Source of the DNA: an uncultured Ectothiorhodospiraceae bacterium
GTDB lineage: Bacteria > Pseudomonadota > Gammaproteobacteria > Nitrococcales > Halorhodospiraceae
Direction of reading: 5' to 3'
DNA: 64,000 nt
NCBI GenBank assembly: GCA_913055765.1
Contig: CAJXKI010000001.1
Location: forward strand, 86-64,085
Shown here in pieces: positions 22,414 through 33,955 of the stretch (position 1 is its first letter; each line of letters starts with the position of its first letter). A program made the translations under genes and the position numbers. The notes below the pieces were generated by a model. It was not told where the DNA came from. It did no database searches and saw only the letters and a list, made by a program, of their open reading frames with translations.

Positions 22414-23612
22414 GCCGAGGACCCCACAGGGTGGTGACGGGCCGCAGCGGCCAAGGCGTCCAGCAGGCGGTCCACATCCGCCTCGCTGTGGCAGGCGGTG
22501 AGGCTCACCCGCAGCCGCGCGGTCCCGGCGGGCACCGTCGGCGGACGGATGGCCGCTACGCGCAGGCCGCGGGCCGCCAGGGCGTCGCTCCAGGCCCGGG
22601 CCGCGGCGGCGCTGCCGACGACCACCGGCTGGATCGGCGTGCGCGGCCCGGCCCGCTCCGGGACCGGCAGGCCCAGCTGCCGGGCACCGGCGCAGAAGCG
22701 GGCCGCCAGGGCCTGCAGGCGCTCACGGCGCCACGACTCGGCGCGGGCGATGCGCACCGCCTCCAGCGCCGCTGCCGCCTGGGCCGGCCCGGGGGCGGTG
22801 GTGTAGATGTAGGTCCGCGCCAGCTGCCGCAAGGCATCGATCAGGGTGGCGCTGCCGGCCACGAAGGCGCCGAGGTTGCCGAAGGCCTTGCCCAGGGTGC
22901 CGATGAGCACCGGCACGCGGCGCTGATCGCAGCCGGTGGCCGGGACGCTCCCGCCGCCCTCCGGGCCGAGCACACCCAGGCCGTGGGCGTCGTCGACCAC
23001 CAGGGCCGCTCCCGCGTCCTCGGCGGCGGCTGCCAGCTGCGGCAGCGGGGCGACATCGCCCTCCATGCTGAACACCCCATCGGTGATGGCCAGCGTGGCG
23101 CTCCCCCCTAGGCGCTGCGCCAGGTGCCCGGCATCGGCGTGGCGGTAGCGCCGCGGCCGGGCCCCGGCGAGGCGCACGGCATCGAGCAGCGAGGCGTGGT
23201 TGAGCCGATCCTCGGCCACGGTGTCGCCGCGGCCGGCCAGGGCCGTGACCACCCCTAGGTTGGCCATATAGCCGGTGGAGAAGAGCAGCGCCGCCTCACG
23301 GCCCGTGAGCGCCGCCAGCTCGGCCTCCAGGGCCTCGTGCTCAGGGCGGTGGCCGGTGACCAGGTGGGCGGCGCCGGCGCCGCTGCCCAGGCGCCGGGCC
23401 CGCTCGGCCAGCACCGCCGCCGGGCGCGGATCGGCGGCCAGGCCCAGGTAGTCGTTGCCGCAAAGCACCGTCACCCGGCAGCCGTCCGGGGTCACGGCAG
23501 CGGCCCCGTCGTAGCCTGCCAGAGGCTCGGCACGGCGATAGAGGCCCGCCTGCCGGCGCTCCTCGAGCAGCGGCGCCAGGCGGCCGTCGAGCCGAGCCAC
23601 CGGGTCGCTCAA
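22410..23612 (-). CDS. bioF: 8-amino-7-oxononanoate synthase
   Basis: NDYLGLA, STGYMAN, DDAHG, TLGKA, IRPPTVP. Confidence 0.96.
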   Translation of the reverse strand: MSDPVARLDGRLAPLLEERRQAGLYRRAEPLAGYDGAAAVTPDGCRVTVLCGNDYLGLAADPRPAAVLAERARRLGSGAGAAHLVTGHRPEHEALEAELAALTGREAALLFSTGYMANLGVVTALAGRGDTVAEDRLNHASLLDAVRLAGARPRRYRHADAGHLAQRLGGSATLAITDGVFSMEGDVAPLPQLAAAAEDAGAALVVDDAHGLGVLGPEGGGSVPATGCDQRRVPVLIGTLGKAFGNLGAFVAGSATLIDALRQLARTYIYTTAPGPAQAAAALEAVRIARAESWRRERLQALAARFCAGARQLGLPVPERAGPRTPIQPVVVGSAAAARAWSDALAARGLRVAAIRPPTVPAGTARLRVSLTACHSEADVDRLLDALAAAARHHPVGSSA

Positions 23613-24586
23613 GGCTCCAGCTCAGCGCAGGCGTGCTCGTGCGGCTCCAGGCCCATCCCCAGCCGCGCGAGCAGCTCCCGGTCGCGCTCCGCGTCCGCGT
23701 TGCCAGTGGTCAGCAGCCGGTCGCCGAGGAAGATGCTGTTAGCGCCCGCGGCGAAGCACAGGGCCTGGAGCTCGTCGCTCATCCGCTCGCGACCCGCCGC
23801 CAGCCGGACGTAGGAGCCCGGCATGGCGATGCGTGCCGCCGCGATGGTGCGCACCATCTCGAACGGATCCACCGGCTCCGCCTCCTCCAGCGGGGTGCCG
23901 GGGATGGGGATGAGCTGGTTGATCGGCACGCTCTGCGGCGGGACCGGCTGGTTGGCCAAGGTCTGGATCATCTCCACGCGGTCGGCGCGGCGCTCGCCGA
24001 GGCCGATGATCCCGCCCGAGCAGACCCGCATCCCGGCCCGGCGGATACGCTCCAGGGTCGCCAGGCGCTCCTCGTAGCTCCGCGTGGAGACCACTTGATC
24101 GTAGTAGGAGGCGGAGGTATCCAGGTTGTGGTTGAAGTAGTCGAGCCCGGCCTCGGCCAGGCGCTCCGCCTGGCCCTCGGCGAGCACCCCGGCGGAGAGG
24201 CAGGCCTCTAGCCCCTCCGCCTTCACCGCCTGGACCATGGCGATGAGGGTGTCGAGATCGCCCTCCCCGGGCCCCCGCCAGGCGGCGCCCATGCACAGCC
24301 GCGTGGCGCCGGCCTGGCGGGCCTGGCGGGCGGCGGCGCGTACCGTGGCCACGTCCGTCAGCCCCTCGCGCTCCAGGCCGGTGCTGTAGTGGGCGCTCTG
24401 GGCGCAGTAGGCGCAGTCCTCGGAGCAGGCGCCGGTCTTGATGGACAGCAGGGAGCAGGCCTGTACCTGCCCCGGGTCGAAGTGGCGCCGGTGGGCCTCT
24501 TGGGCCCGGTACAGCAGCTCCGGGAGGGGCAGCTCGAAGAGCTGCGCGATCTGCTCCTGGCTCCAGTGCGTCTCGGGCTCGCTCAT
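23609..24586 (-). CDS. bioB: Biotin synthase
   Basis: Radical SAM CSEDCAYC, FNHNLDT, GANSIF; ATG 24586 with GGAGG RBS. Confidence 0.96.
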   Translation of the reverse strand: MSEPETHWSQEQIAQLFELPLPELLYRAQEAHRRHFDPGQVQACSLLSIKTGACSEDCAYCAQSAHYSTGLEREGLTDVATVRAAARQARQAGATRLCMGAAWRGPGEGDLDTLIAMVQAVKAEGLEACLSAGVLAEGQAERLAEAGLDYFNHNLDTSASYYDQVVSTRSYEERLATLERIRRAGMRVCSGGIIGLGERRADRVEMIQTLANQPVPPQSVPINQLIPIPGTPLEEAEPVDPFEMVRTIAAARIAMPGSYVRLAAGRERMSDELQALCFAAGANSIFLGDRLLTTGNADAERDRELLARLGMGLEPHEHACAELEP

Positions 24587-24701
24587 GGGTACCTCCCGGT
24601 GGGTCATGGGTGCCGGGACGACCGCCACCGGGCCGCCCCGCGGCGCCACGGCAGGGGCGCCTGCCGCAGGCAGTGGCGCCTATGGTAGCAAGGAGGCCAC
24701 C

Positions 24702-25424
24702 ATGGTCAATTACAAGGGGCAGACGACAGTCAACAAGTGGGTAAGTATTGCCCAGACCGCCCTCTACCCGCCCCGCTGCCGCCTCTGCGGTGACCCGGGG
24801 GCGGAGGGGCTGGACCTCTGCGCGCCGTGCCGCGCCGAGCTGCCGTGGAACGTACCGCGCTGCCCCCGCTGCGCCCTGCCCACCGGCGACGACGGCGGCT
24901 GCCCCTGCCGAGCGCGTGCACTGCCCTTCAGCCGCGCCGTCGTCCCGCTGCGCTACGAGGGCGAGGTCCAGGCCCTGGTGGGGGCCTTCAAGTTCCACGG
25001 CCGCCTCGCCGACGGCCAGCTCCTGGGCGGCCTGCTCGCCCGCGCCTTGCGCCAGGAGGCGGGGTCGCCGCTACCCGAGGCCATCGTGCCGGTACCCCTG
25101 CACGCCCGACGCCTACGCCAGCGCGGCTTCGACCAGACCGCGGAGCTCGCCCGCGCCCTGCGCCGCCAGCTCGCCCCCCTGCCCCTACGCCGCGCCCTCG
25201 GCCGGCACAGGGGCGGCGCCCGCCAGGCGGGCCTCCCGGCGCAGGCGCGCCTGGGCAACATCCGCGGCGCCTTCACCGCGCAGCCGCGGCGCACGCCGCG
25301 CCACGCCGCGCTGCTGGACGACGTCGTCACCACCGGGGCCACCGCCGAGGAGGCGGCCTGGCAGCTCCTGGCGGCAGGGGCCGAGCGTGTGGACCTGTGG
25401 GCGGTGGCGCGGACGCCGGCCTAG
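24702..25424 (+). CDS. comF: ComF family protein
   Basis: CxxC zinc ribbon, [22 protein letters not shown]; divergent from bioB. Confidence 0.92.
   Translation: MVNYKGQTTVNKWVSIAQTALYPPRCRLCGDPGAEGLDLCAPCRAELPWNVPRCPRCALPTGDDGGCPCRARALPFSRAVVPLRYEGEVQALVGAFKFHGRLADGQLLGGLLARALRQEAGSPLPEAIVPVPLHARRLRQRGFDQTAELARALRRQLAPLPLRRALGRHRGGARQAGLPAQARLGNIRGAFTAQPRRTPRHAALLDDVVTTGATAEEAAWQLLAAGAERVDLWAVARTPA
24703..24736. promoter_or_regulatory. Possible degenerate BirA operator overlapping the comF 5' end
   Basis: GGTCAAT-N18-GTCAACA upstream of bioB, loosely resembling TGT(A/C)AAC-N16-17-GTT(T/G)ACA. Confidence 0.3.
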
Positions 25425-26317
25425 CCGCCTAGATGGATATCAGCCGCTAGGCCGGCGAAGACCGCGCCGCCCAGCCAGGCGTTGTTGAGGAAGGCCCGGA
25501 AGCAGGCGTGCCGCTCCCGGTGGCGGATGAGGTACTGCTGGTAGGCGAAGAGGCCCGCCGCCGCCACCAGGCCCAGGTAGTAGGCGGCCCCTGCCTCCAG
25601 GTACAGCCCTACCTGCACCATGACGCCGAGCATCAGCGCCTGCAGGACCGCAACGATCACACGGTCCAGGCCGCCGAAGAGGATCGCCGTGGACTTCACG
25701 CCGATCTGCAGGTCGTCGTCGCGATCCACCATGGCGTACATGGTGTCGTAGACCGTGGCCCAGAGGACGTTGGCGGCCAGCAGCAGCCACGCCTCGAGCG
25801 GTATCGCCCCCGTCTGCGCGGCGAAGGCCATGGGGATGGACCAGCCGAAGGCGAGGCCGAGGTGGACCTGCGGCAGGTGGGTGTAGCGCTTGGTGAAGGG
25901 GTAGGTGGCGGCCAGGACCACGGCGACGAAGGACAGCAGGATGGTCAGCAGGTTGGTGAGCAGGACCAGGCCGAAGGCCAGCAGGCAGAGGGCGACGAAC
26001 ACGCCCAGCGCCTCACGCTCGGAGACCCGTCCGATGGCGAAGGGGCGTTGCCGCGTGCGCCTGACGTAGCCGTCGATATGGCGGTCGGCGAAGTCGTTGA
26101 TCACGCAGCCTGCGGCACGCATGACCCAGACGCCGAGGACGAAGATCACCAGCAGGTCCGGGTCCGGCACGCCGTCAGCGGCCACCCAGAGGGCCCAGAG
26201 CACCGGCCAGAGCAGCAGGAAGTTGCCGATGGGCCGGTCGAGCCGCGCCAGCTGCCCGTAGGTGCGCAGCCGCTCGGCCAGGCCCGAGGACCCACCGCTA
26301 TGCGCCTCGCCGCTCAC
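25421..26317 (-). CDS. ubiA: 4-hydroxybenzoate polyprenyltransferase
   Basis: [30 protein letters not shown]. Confidence 0.96.
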   Translation of the reverse strand: MSGEAHSGGSSGLAERLRTYGQLARLDRPIGNFLLLWPVLWALWVAADGVPDPDLLVIFVLGVWVMRAAGCVINDFADRHIDGYVRRTRQRPFAIGRVSEREALGVFVALCLLAFGLVLLTNLLTILLSFVAVVLAATYPFTKRYTHLPQVHLGLAFGWSIPMAFAAQTGAIPLEAWLLLAANVLWATVYDTMYAMVDRDDDLQIGVKSTAILFGGLDRVIVAVLQALMLGVMVQVGLYLEAGAAYYLGLVAAAGLFAYQQYLIRHRERHACFRAFLNNAWLGGAVFAGLAADIHLGG

Positions 26318-26901
26318 CGTCTCGCGTCCTCCTCATCCACCGTCGCCCAGGGCAAGAAGACCTCGGTTATCAAGATGCTCCGCCCTCGGGCAGAGAGCCT
26401 CGAGCGCCGCGCCCAGGCATCGCGGACGGGCGTGAGCCCGTAGCCGCAGAGCCGATGGGCCAGCGGCTCGTGGCCCCGCAGGCGCGCCACCGCCACAGGG
26501 CCGCGCTCCACGTCGGGCGCCGAGAAGAGGAGCCGGCCCAGCGGCCGCTCGCCAAGCCGCGGTAGCTGCTGCCACGACCCGGGCAGGCGGCGGGGTGCCA
26601 AGCTGCGGGCGTAGACTCGGGCGCTACCCTCGCAGGCGAGCACGACCTCCCGCAACCAGGCGTGTCGCCCCAGCGGCAGGCCGAGCGCCACGGCCTCATC
26701 CAGGCTCGGGCGTTGCCGGCCCTGGCGCAGGACATGGACCCGGACCGGGCCGAGGCCCTCCAGCCGCGCCGTCAACGAGCCGCGCTCGGCGAGCAGCTGC
26801 CGCATCCAGCGCGGCGGCCGCCCGGGCGCCGCGGCGATCCCCGGCCGCCAGGCCGCCAGGCGCGGCTGCCAGCCCGCGCCCCCTCCGAGCCCATCTGCCA
26901 A
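26314..26901 (-). CDS. ubiC: Chorismate pyruvate-lyase (start uncertain)
   Basis: [34 protein letters not shown]; upstream of ubiA. Confidence 0.88.
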   Translation of the reverse strand: MADGLGGGAGWQPRLAAWRPGIAAAPGRPPRWMRQLLAERGSLTARLEGLGPVRVHVLRQGRQRPSLDEAVALGLPLGRHAWLREVVLACEGSARVYARSLAPRRLPGSWQQLPRLGERPLGRLLFSAPDVERGPVAVARLRGHEPLAHRLCGYGLTPVRDAWARRSRLSARGRSILITEVFLPWATVDEEDARR

Positions 26902-26927
26902 AGCGCATCCACCCCTCGTGGCCCGAG

Positions 26928-29000
26928 CTAGACTTGCCCGTAGCGCTCCGCCTCGCCCACCCAGTCCCGGATCAGCGCCTCGGCGGCCTCCGGGTCCTGA
27001 TCGAGCAGGCGCGCCCCCTCTCGCTGGACCCCCTCCAGCAGGTCCGCGTCGCGGTGCAGATCGGCTACGCGCAGGTTGAGCGCGCCGGTCTGCCGCGCGC
27101 CGAGGAGCTCGCCGGGGCCGCGGATGGCCAGATCGCGCTGGGCGATGGCGAACCCATCGTCGGTCTCGCGCAGGACAGCGAGCCGCTGGCGGGCGCTCTC
27201 GGAGAGCGTGCCATGATACATCAGCACGCAAGTCGACGCCGTGCGCCCCCGCCCGACCCGGCCGCGCAGCTGGTGGAGCTGGGCCAGGCCCAGACGCTCG
27301 GCGTTGTCGATGACCATCAGGCTGGCGTTGGGCACGTCCACGCCTACCTCGATGACCGTGGTCGCCACCAGCAGGGCGACCTCGCCCCGAGCGAAGGCGG
27401 CCATGGTGCGCTCCTTCTCCCCGGCTGCCATGCGGCCGTGGACCAAGGCCACCCGGTGCTCACCCAAGGTCTGGCCGAGCTCGGCGGCGGTATCCGCCGC
27501 CGCCTGGGCCCCCACCTCCTCCGAGGCCTCGATGAGGGTGCAGACCCAATAGGCCTGACGCCCCTCGTCGAGGGCAGCGCGGAGGCGCTCCACCACCTCG
27601 CCGCGGCGCCGCCCGGAGATCGCCACCGTCTCCACCGGCGTACGCCCGGGCGGGCGCTCGTCCAGGGCGGAGACGTCCAGGTCGGCGTAGGCGGTCATGG
27701 CCAGGGTGCGCGGGATCGGGGTAGCGGTCATGGTCAGCTGGTGGGGCTCGGCGCCGCCGCCCTTGTCCTTGAGCGCCAGGCGCTGATGGACGCCGAACCG
27801 GTGCTGCTCGTCCACGACCACCAGGCCCAGGCTGTGGAAGGCGACCTGCTCCTGGAACAGGGCGTGGGTCCCCACAGCGACCCCGGCCTGCCCGCCGGCC
27901 AGGCGCTCCAGGGCCACTCGGCGCTCGGCGGCAGGCGCACCGCCGGAGAGCCACGCCACCTCCACCCCCAGCGGCGCCAGCCACCCCTGCAGGCTACGGC
28001 AGTGCTGCTCGGCGAGCAGCTCCGTGGGGGCCATCAGGGCGGCCTGGCAGCCGCTGCCCACGGCCCGGGCGCAGGCCAGGGCCGCCACCACGGTCTTGCC
28101 GGAGCCCACGTCGCCCTGGAGCAGGCGCAGCATCGGCACCGGCTGCGCCATGTCGGCGGCCAGCTCACTGTCCACCCGCTGCTGGGCACCGGTGAGCGTA
28201 AAGGACAGGCCCTCGCGCAGGCGCCGCGCCAGCGGCTCGCCCTCGTCCAGGCGCGGGGCGCGGGCCTCGGCGCGCAAGGCCTGGCGCCGCCGGCGCAGGC
28301 TCATGTGGTGGGCGAGCAGCTCCTCGCAGGCGACCCGGCGCACGGCCGGGTGCGTCCCCTCGAGCAGGGCCTCGGTGTCCGTATCCGGCGACGGGCGGTG
28401 GATGGTGCGCAAGGCCTCGGCCAGGCCAGGCCAGCCCGGCTCGAGCCAGGCGCCGGCGGGCAGGCGCTCCGGGGCGCCCTCGGGCAGCAGGGCCAGCCCG
28501 GCCCCCACCAGTTTGCGCAGCTGCCCCTGGTAGAGCCCCTCGGTGCTGGCGTAGACCGGGGTCAGCGTATCCTCGGCCGGCGCGTCGACATCACCGGGGG
28601 CGACCTGCTGATACTCCGGGTGGGCCATCTGCAGCACGCCGTAGCCGCTGCGCACCTCGCCGAAGCAGCGCAGGACGGCGCCGCGGCGCAGGCGCTCGGC
28701 CTGGCGGGGGTGGAAGTGGAAGAAGACCAGGTCGAGCTGCCCGGTACCGTCGCTGAGCCGGCAGAGCAGGCGCTTGCGCCGCCCGCGGGCGACCTCGGAC
28801 CACTCCACCCGGCCCTCGAGGAGCACCCGCTCACCGGGACAGAGGCTGCCGATGGGGCGCAGCCGGGTGCGGTCCTCGTAGCGGATGGGGCGGTGGAGCA
28901 GCAGGTCCCCCACCGTGTGCAGCCCCAGCCGCTCCAGGCGCCGGGCCAGCCGCGGGCCGACGCCCGGCAGCGTGGTCAGCCGCCGCCGCGCCCCCTCCAC
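26928..29000 (-). CDS. recG: ATP-dependent DNA helicase RecG
   Basis: QGDVGSGKT, DEQHRFG, MTATPIPRT, QLRGRVGRG. Confidence 0.97.
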   Translation of the reverse strand: MEGARRRLTTLPGVGPRLARRLERLGLHTVGDLLLHRPIRYEDRTRLRPIGSLCPGERVLLEGRVEWSEVARGRRKRLLCRLSDGTGQLDLVFFHFHPRQAERLRRGAVLRCFGEVRSGYGVLQMAHPEYQQVAPGDVDAPAEDTLTPVYASTEGLYQGQLRKLVGAGLALLPEGAPERLPAGAWLEPGWPGLAEALRTIHRPSPDTDTEALLEGTHPAVRRVACEELLAHHMSLRRRRQALRAEARAPRLDEGEPLARRLREGLSFTLTGAQQRVDSELAADMAQPVPMLRLLQGDVGSGKTVVAALACARAVGSGCQAALMAPTELLAEQHCRSLQGWLAPLGVEVAWLSGGAPAAERRVALERLAGGQAGVAVGTHALFQEQVAFHSLGLVVVDEQHRFGVHQRLALKDKGGGAEPHQLTMTATPIPRTLAMTAYADLDVSALDERPPGRTPVETVAISGRRRGEVVERLRAALDEGRQAYWVCTLIEASEEVGAQAAADTAAELGQTLGEHRVALVHGRMAAGEKERTMAAFARGEVALLVATTVIEVGVDVPNASLMVIDNAERLGLAQLHQLRGRVGRGRTASTCVLMYHGTLSESARQRLAVLRETDDGFAIAQRDLAIRGPGELLGARQTGALNLRVADLHRDADLLEGVQREGARLLDQDPEAAEALIRDWVGEAERYGQV

Positions 29001-29009
29001 GAGGCGGCC

Positions 29010-29402
29010 TCAGCCCGCTCGAGGCAGGTGGAGGACGGCGTCCATCTCCACCGCCGCCCCCTTGGGCAGCGCGGCGACCCCGAGGGCTGCCCGCGACGGG
29101 TAGGGCTCGGACAGGTACTGGGCCATCATCTCATTGACCAGGCCGAAGTGGCCGAGATCGGTGAGGTAGATGGCGATGCGCACGGCGTCGGCGAGGCTCC
29201 CGCCGGCGGCCTCCGCCACGGCGGCGAGGTTATCGAAGACCCGCGCGATCTGGCTCTGCATATCGGCCCCGACCAGCTCGCCGCTGGCCGGGTCCAGCGG
29301 GATCTGGCCGGAGATGTAGACGAACTCCCCGGCGCGCACGGCCTGGCTATAGGGGCCGATGGCCGCCGGGGCGGCGTCGGTGTGGATGATCTCTCGGGAC
29401 AT
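29010..29402 (-). CDS. ridA: RidA family enamine/imine deaminase
   Basis: [26 protein letters not shown]. Confidence 0.93.
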   Translation of the reverse strand: MSREIIHTDAAPAAIGPYSQAVRAGEFVYISGQIPLDPASGELVGADMQSQIARVFDNLAAVAEAAGGSLADAVRIAIYLTDLGHFGLVNEMMAQYLSEPYPSRAALGVAALPKGAAVEMDAVLHLPRAG

Positions 29403-29415
29403 ACAGGGGCTCTCC

Positions 29416-31614
29416 TCAGCCGTCTTTCTTGCGCACGATCCGCTGCACCGGCGGCATGGCCCGCAGGTGGCGCATCACCGTCGCCAGGTGGCGGCGATCG
29501 CGGACCAGGATCAGGAAGTGCACGGTCGCCACTATGCCGTCACGCTCCTCGATATGGACGTTCTCGATGCTCGCCCCCCGCTCCGAGATCCCGTGGGCGA
29601 GCTGGGCCAGGGCGCCCCGCTCGTTGACCACGTCGAGGACGACCTGGGTGGGGAACTCGGCGTCTACAGACGCCTCCCAGTCGACGTCTACCCAGCCCTC
29701 GGAGCGCTTGCTGCGCTGGCTGGCGGCGGCATTCTTGCAATCGCGGTGGTGGATGACCACGCCCCGGCCGGTGCTGGCGAAGCCGACGATGGGGTCGCCG
29801 GGTATGGGCCGGCAGCAGCGGCCGAAGGTGATGACGGTCCCCTCGTTGCCGCGGATGGTCAGGTGGCCGTGGGGCTCGTGCTCATCGTCGCGACCCTCCT
29901 CGAGCGCCACGTCCGCCTGCTCCAGGCCGCTGAGCTGCTGCGCCACCAGCCACGGGACCCGGTTGCCGAGGCCGACCTCCCGGAACAGCTCCTCCAGGCT
30001 GTGCGCGCCGATGGCCTCCAGGGCCTCGTCGATGCGCGCCTGCTCGAGGCCGTCGAGCTCCAGCGACAGCGCGGACAGGGCGCGCTCGACCATGCGCCGG
30101 CCGAGCTCGACGGCCTCGCTGTCCTGCAGGCGCTTCAGGGCGTGGCGGATGGCGGTCCGCGCCTTTGCGGTGACCACGAAGTCGAGCCAGACCGGGTTGG
30201 GCCGCGCCGTCGGGCCGGTGATGATCTCCACCATCTGGCCGGTCTGCAGCGGCGTGCGCAGCGGCGTCAGGCGGTGGTCCACCTTGGCGGCGACGCAGGC
30301 GTCGCCGATATCCGAGTGGATGGCGTAGGCGAGATCCACCGGCGTGGCGTTGCTCGGCAGCTCCAGGATGTCGCCCTTGGGCGTAAAGACGTAGATCTCG
30401 TCGGGGACGAGGTCGATCTTGACGTTCTCGATGAACTCCTGGGAGGTGCCGACGCTGCGCTGCATCTCCAGCAGGTCCTTGACCCACTCCCGGGCACGCA
30501 CCTGAGCGGTGTTGGCGCCCTCGCCCACGCCCTTATAGAGCCAGTGGGCGGCGATCCCCGACTCGGCCACGGCGTGCATCTCCCGGGTGCGGATCTGCGC
30601 CTCGAGGCGGATGCGGTGCGGACCGACCAGCGTGGTGTGCAGCGACTGGTAGCCGTTGGCCTTGGGGATGGCGATGTAGTCCTTGATGCGCCCGGGGCGG
30701 GGCTTGTAGAGGCGATGGAGGATGCCGAGGACGCGATAGCAATCGTCGATGCTGTCGACCACTACCCGGAAGCCGTAGACATCGAAGATGTCCCGGAAGT
30801 GGAGCTGCTTCTGGGCCATCTTGCAGTAGATGGACCACAGGTGCTTCTCCCGGCCCTCCACCTCCGCCTCGATCCCGGCCTCCTGGAGCCGCGAGCGCAC
30901 CTGATCGCAGACGGTGTCGAGGATGACCCCACGGCGCCCCCGCTGGCGGGCGAGCTTCTCCTTCAGGGCGCGGTAGCGCAGCGGGTAGCGCGCCGCGAAG
31001 CTGTGGTCCTCGAGCTCCGTGCGCATGCTGTTGATGCCCAGCCGCTGGGCGATAGGCGCGTAGATATCGAGGGTCTCGCGCGCGATCCGCCGCCGCTTCT
31101 CCGGCGGCATGATCCAGATGGTGCGCATGTTGTGGAGGCGGTCGGCGAGCTTGATGAGGATGACCCGGATGTCCCGGGCCATGGCCAGGATCATCTTGCG
31201 GAAGCTCTCCGCCTGCGCCTCCGCCTTGGTCCTGGCGTCGATGGCGCCCAGCTTGGAGACGCCGTCGACGAGCTCCGCCACCTGCTCGCCGAAGCGCTCG
31301 GCGAGGCACTCCTTGGCGGTGGGGGTGTCCTCGATGACGTCGTGGAGCAGCGCCGCGGTGACGGTCTCGGCGTCGAGGCGCATCTCGGCGAGGATGCGGG
31401 CCACGGCGATGGGGTGGACGATGTACGGCTCGCCCGAGCGCCGCCGCTGCCCCTCGTGGGCAGCGGCGCTGAACTGGTACGCCGCGTAGACCTGCTCGAT
31501 CTGCTGCGGCCCGAGGTACGCCTCGAGCAGCGCGCACACCTCCTGAATCCGCCGCTCCGGGTCGGCGGCTGAGGCCGATTCAGCGGCGTTGATCACGCTC
31601 CCAGGACGCGGCAT
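29416..31614 (-). CDS. spoT: Bifunctional (p)ppGpp synthetase/hydrolase
   Basis: Intact HD motif (LHDVIED), [15 protein letters not shown] and ACT domains. Confidence 0.97.
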   Translation of the reverse strand: MPRPGSVINAAESASAADPERRIQEVCALLEAYLGPQQIEQVYAAYQFSAAAHEGQRRRSGEPYIVHPIAVARILAEMRLDAETVTAALLHDVIEDTPTAKECLAERFGEQVAELVDGVSKLGAIDARTKAEAQAESFRKMILAMARDIRVILIKLADRLHNMRTIWIMPPEKRRRIARETLDIYAPIAQRLGINSMRTELEDHSFAARYPLRYRALKEKLARQRGRRGVILDTVCDQVRSRLQEAGIEAEVEGREKHLWSIYCKMAQKQLHFRDIFDVYGFRVVVDSIDDCYRVLGILHRLYKPRPGRIKDYIAIPKANGYQSLHTTLVGPHRIRLEAQIRTREMHAVAESGIAAHWLYKGVGEGANTAQVRAREWVKDLLEMQRSVGTSQEFIENVKIDLVPDEIYVFTPKGDILELPSNATPVDLAYAIHSDIGDACVAAKVDHRLTPLRTPLQTGQMVEIITGPTARPNPVWLDFVVTAKARTAIRHALKRLQDSEAVELGRRMVERALSALSLELDGLEQARIDEALEAIGAHSLEELFREVGLGNRVPWLVAQQLSGLEQADVALEEGRDDEHEPHGHLTIRGNEGTVITFGRCCRPIPGDPIVGFASTGRGVVIHHRDCKNAAASQRSKRSEGWVDVDWEASVDAEFPTQVVLDVVNERGALAQLAHGISERGASIENVHIEERDGIVATVHFLILVRDRRHLATVMRHLRAMPPVQRIVRKKDG

Positions 31615-31632
31615 ACCTTGCCCGGCACAGGG

Positions 31633-32016
31633 TCACGAGGCCGGGTCGGGACCATCCCCCTCGGGCTCAGCGCCGACACCCGGATCACCGGCCGCCTCGT
31701 CGAAGGAGCGCTCCTGGCTGGCCTCGGGATCCGGCTGCACCGGGCCGCCGCCTACCTCGGCCTCGACGTCGGCGGCGCTGAAGCCCCCGGCACCCAGGCC
31801 CTCGGCCGCAGTCTCCTCAGTCCTCGTCAGGATCTCCGAGGTGACGTGGCCCTCGGCGATCTCGCGCAGCGCCACCACGGTGGGCTTATCGTGCTCCCAG
31901 TCCACCAGCGGCTCAATCCCATTGGCGAGCTGCCGGGCCCGCTTGGCGCTGGCGAGCACCAGCTCGAAGCGATTCTCGACGTTCTCCAGGCAATCCTCGG
32001 CGGTTACGCGGGCCAT
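31633..32016 (-). CDS. rpoZ: RNA polymerase omega subunit with acidic C-terminal extension
   Basis: [36 protein letters not shown]. Confidence 0.96.
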   Translation of the reverse strand: MARVTAEDCLENVENRFELVLASAKRARQLANGIEPLVDWEHDKPTVVALREIAEGHVTSEILTRTEETAAEGLGAGGFSAADVEAEVGGGPVQPDPEASQERSFDEAAGDPGVGAEPEGDGPDPAS

Positions 32017-32166
32017 CCTCTCCTCCAGATCCAATGCTGCAATCTATACAAGGATTCTACCGCCTTGCCGCCGCGCTAGGAAGGCGCATTGCCGCACACG
32101 CCGGGCCTGGCCCGGCAGCAGGGACCGAGGGCTCGCGCCCTCCGCCAGGGGAAATGCGCTGCCGGC

Positions 32167-33333
32167 TCAGGGCATCAGCTCCAGCAGCAGGCTATCGAGC
32201 ACCTCCAGGCCTGCGGCGCTGGGCCGGATCCGGTCCGCGTCCGTCCACTCCAGCCAGCCGCGCTCGCGCACCGGCGCCAGCCAGGCGGCCAGATCGGCCC
32301 GGCTGCAGCCGCTGCGTGCCACCGCCAGGGCCGCCGGGATGCCGTCGCACAGCCGCAGCCCGTTGAGGAAGACCTCGAAGCGCAGCGCCGAGGCGCTGAG
32401 CGTCTCGCGCTCGCTCTCCGCCCCGTGGCCGCCGGCGGCGGCCATCCAGCGCCGCGGCGCCGGCTCCTGGCGGGTACGGACCACCCGGCCGTCGGCGCCG
32501 GTGAGCTTGCCCGCCGCCCCCGCCCCCAGGCCCAGGTAGTCGCCGAAGGTCCAGTAGCCGAGGTTGTGGACGCTACGCTGCCCAGGCCTGGCGAAGGCGG
32601 AGACCTCGTAGCGCGCCAGCCCGGCCGCCGACAGGCGCCCGCGGCAGGCGGCCTCCATGGCGAGGATAGCGGCCTCGCCGGGCAGGTCGGCGGGGGGGCG
32701 GCGGCCGAGGGGGGTCCCCGGCTCGATGGCCAGCTGGTAGTGGCTGACGTGGTCCACCCCCAGCTCGAGGATACCGGCTACGTCCGCCTCGGCGTCGGCC
32801 ACACCTTGCCCCGGCAGGCCGTACATGAGATCGGCGTTGATGCCGCGGAAGCCGGCGGCGCGGGCCTCCGCCACCGCCGCCCGCGCCGCGGCGGCGTCGT
32901 GGATGCGGCCGAGGCGCGCCAGCGAGGCGTCATCGAGGCTCTGCACGCCCAGTGACAGGCGCGTCACCCCGGCCTCGCGGAAGCCGGCCAGGCGCGCCGT
33001 CTCGGTGGCGCCGGGATTGGCCTCCAGGGTGATCTCGGCGCCGTCCACCACCCCCACGACCCGATCCAGCTCCGCGAGCAGCTCGCCGATGGCGCCCGGC
33101 GGGAAGAGGCTCGGCGTCCCGCCGCCGATGTAGACGCTCGCCAGGCGACGCCCCAGGGCGGCACCGGCCTGCCGGCGCAGCTCCCGCCCCAGCGCCGCCA
33201 CGTACGCCTGCGCGGGGAGCTCGCCGCGCAGGGTGTGGGCATTGAAGTCGCAGTAGCCGCAGCGCTGCAGGCACCAGGGCAGGTGCACATAGGCCGCCAG
33301 CGGCGGCAGCCCCGAGGCCGGGTCGGCGCTCAT
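32167..33333 (-). CDS. hemW: Radical SAM heme chaperone HemW
   Basis: YVHLPWCLQRCGYCDF, GGGTPS, HNLGYW. Confidence 0.93.
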   Translation of the reverse strand: MSADPASGLPPLAAYVHLPWCLQRCGYCDFNAHTLRGELPAQAYVAALGRELRRQAGAALGRRLASVYIGGGTPSLFPPGAIGELLAELDRVVGVVDGAEITLEANPGATETARLAGFREAGVTRLSLGVQSLDDASLARLGRIHDAAAARAAVAEARAAGFRGINADLMYGLPGQGVADAEADVAGILELGVDHVSHYQLAIEPGTPLGRRPPADLPGEAAILAMEAACRGRLSAAGLARYEVSAFARPGQRSVHNLGYWTFGDYLGLGAGAAGKLTGADGRVVRTRQEPAPRRWMAAAGGHGAESERETLSASALRFEVFLNGLRLCDGIPAALAVARSGCSRADLAAWLAPVRERGWLEWTDADRIRPSAAGLEVLDSLLLELMP

Positions 33334-33346
33334 GGCGCGGCGCGGG

Positions 33347-33955
33347 TCAGCCGCGGATCTCGGCGGCGATGCCGTCGACCAGGGCGCGCAGGGCCTGGCC
33401 GCGGTGGCTGCGGGCGTCCTTGTCCGGGGCCTCCAGCTCAGCGCCCGTGCGGCCGAGCTCCGGGTCCTCGAAGAGCGGGTCGTAGCCGAAGCCCTGCGTC
33501 CCCCGGGGCGCCTCGACGATCTGCCCATGCCAGCTGCCGTGGGCGATCAGCGGCGCCGGGTCCGCGGCGTGGCGCAGGTAGACCATGACGCAGTGGAAGG
33601 TGGCGCGCCGGTCGCCGCCGCCGCGGGCGGCCAGCTCAGCGAGGAGCTTGCGATTGTTGGCGGCATCGTCGGCCTCGGGACCGGCGTAGCGGGCCGAGTA
33701 GACCCCCGGCTCACCGCCGAGCGCCGGCACCCCCAGGCCCGAGTCGTCGGCCACCGCCGGCAGGCCGCTGCGCTCGGCGCAGTGCCGCGCCTTGAGCAGG
33801 GCGTTCTCGACGAAGGTGGCGCCGGTCTCCACCGGCGAGCCGAGCCCCAGCTCCCCTTGGCTGACCACCTCCACGCCCCCCACGCCGCAGCCGGCGAGCA
33901 TGCGCGTCAGCTCCGCGAGCTTGCCGGCATTCCCTGTCGCCAGGACGATCCTCAT
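33347..33955 (-). CDS. rdgB: dITP/XTP pyrophosphatase
   Basis: [25 protein letters not shown]. Confidence 0.96.
   Translation of the reverse strand: MRIVLATGNAGKLAELTRMLAGCGVGGVEVVSQGELGLGSPVETGATFVENALLKARHCAERSGLPAVADDSGLGVPALGGEPGVYSARYAGPEADDAANNRKLLAELAARGGGDRRATFHCVMVYLRHAADPAPLIAHGSWHGQIVEAPRGTQGFGYDPLFEDPELGRTGAELEAPDKDARSHRGQALRALVDGIAAEIRG

Noticed and set aside
26595..31572. Very long plus-strand ORFs (1010 aa and 737 aa)
   Set aside because: Antisense shadows of recG, ridA and spoT, expected in high-GC DNA. The same applies to most other overlapping ORFs in the track.
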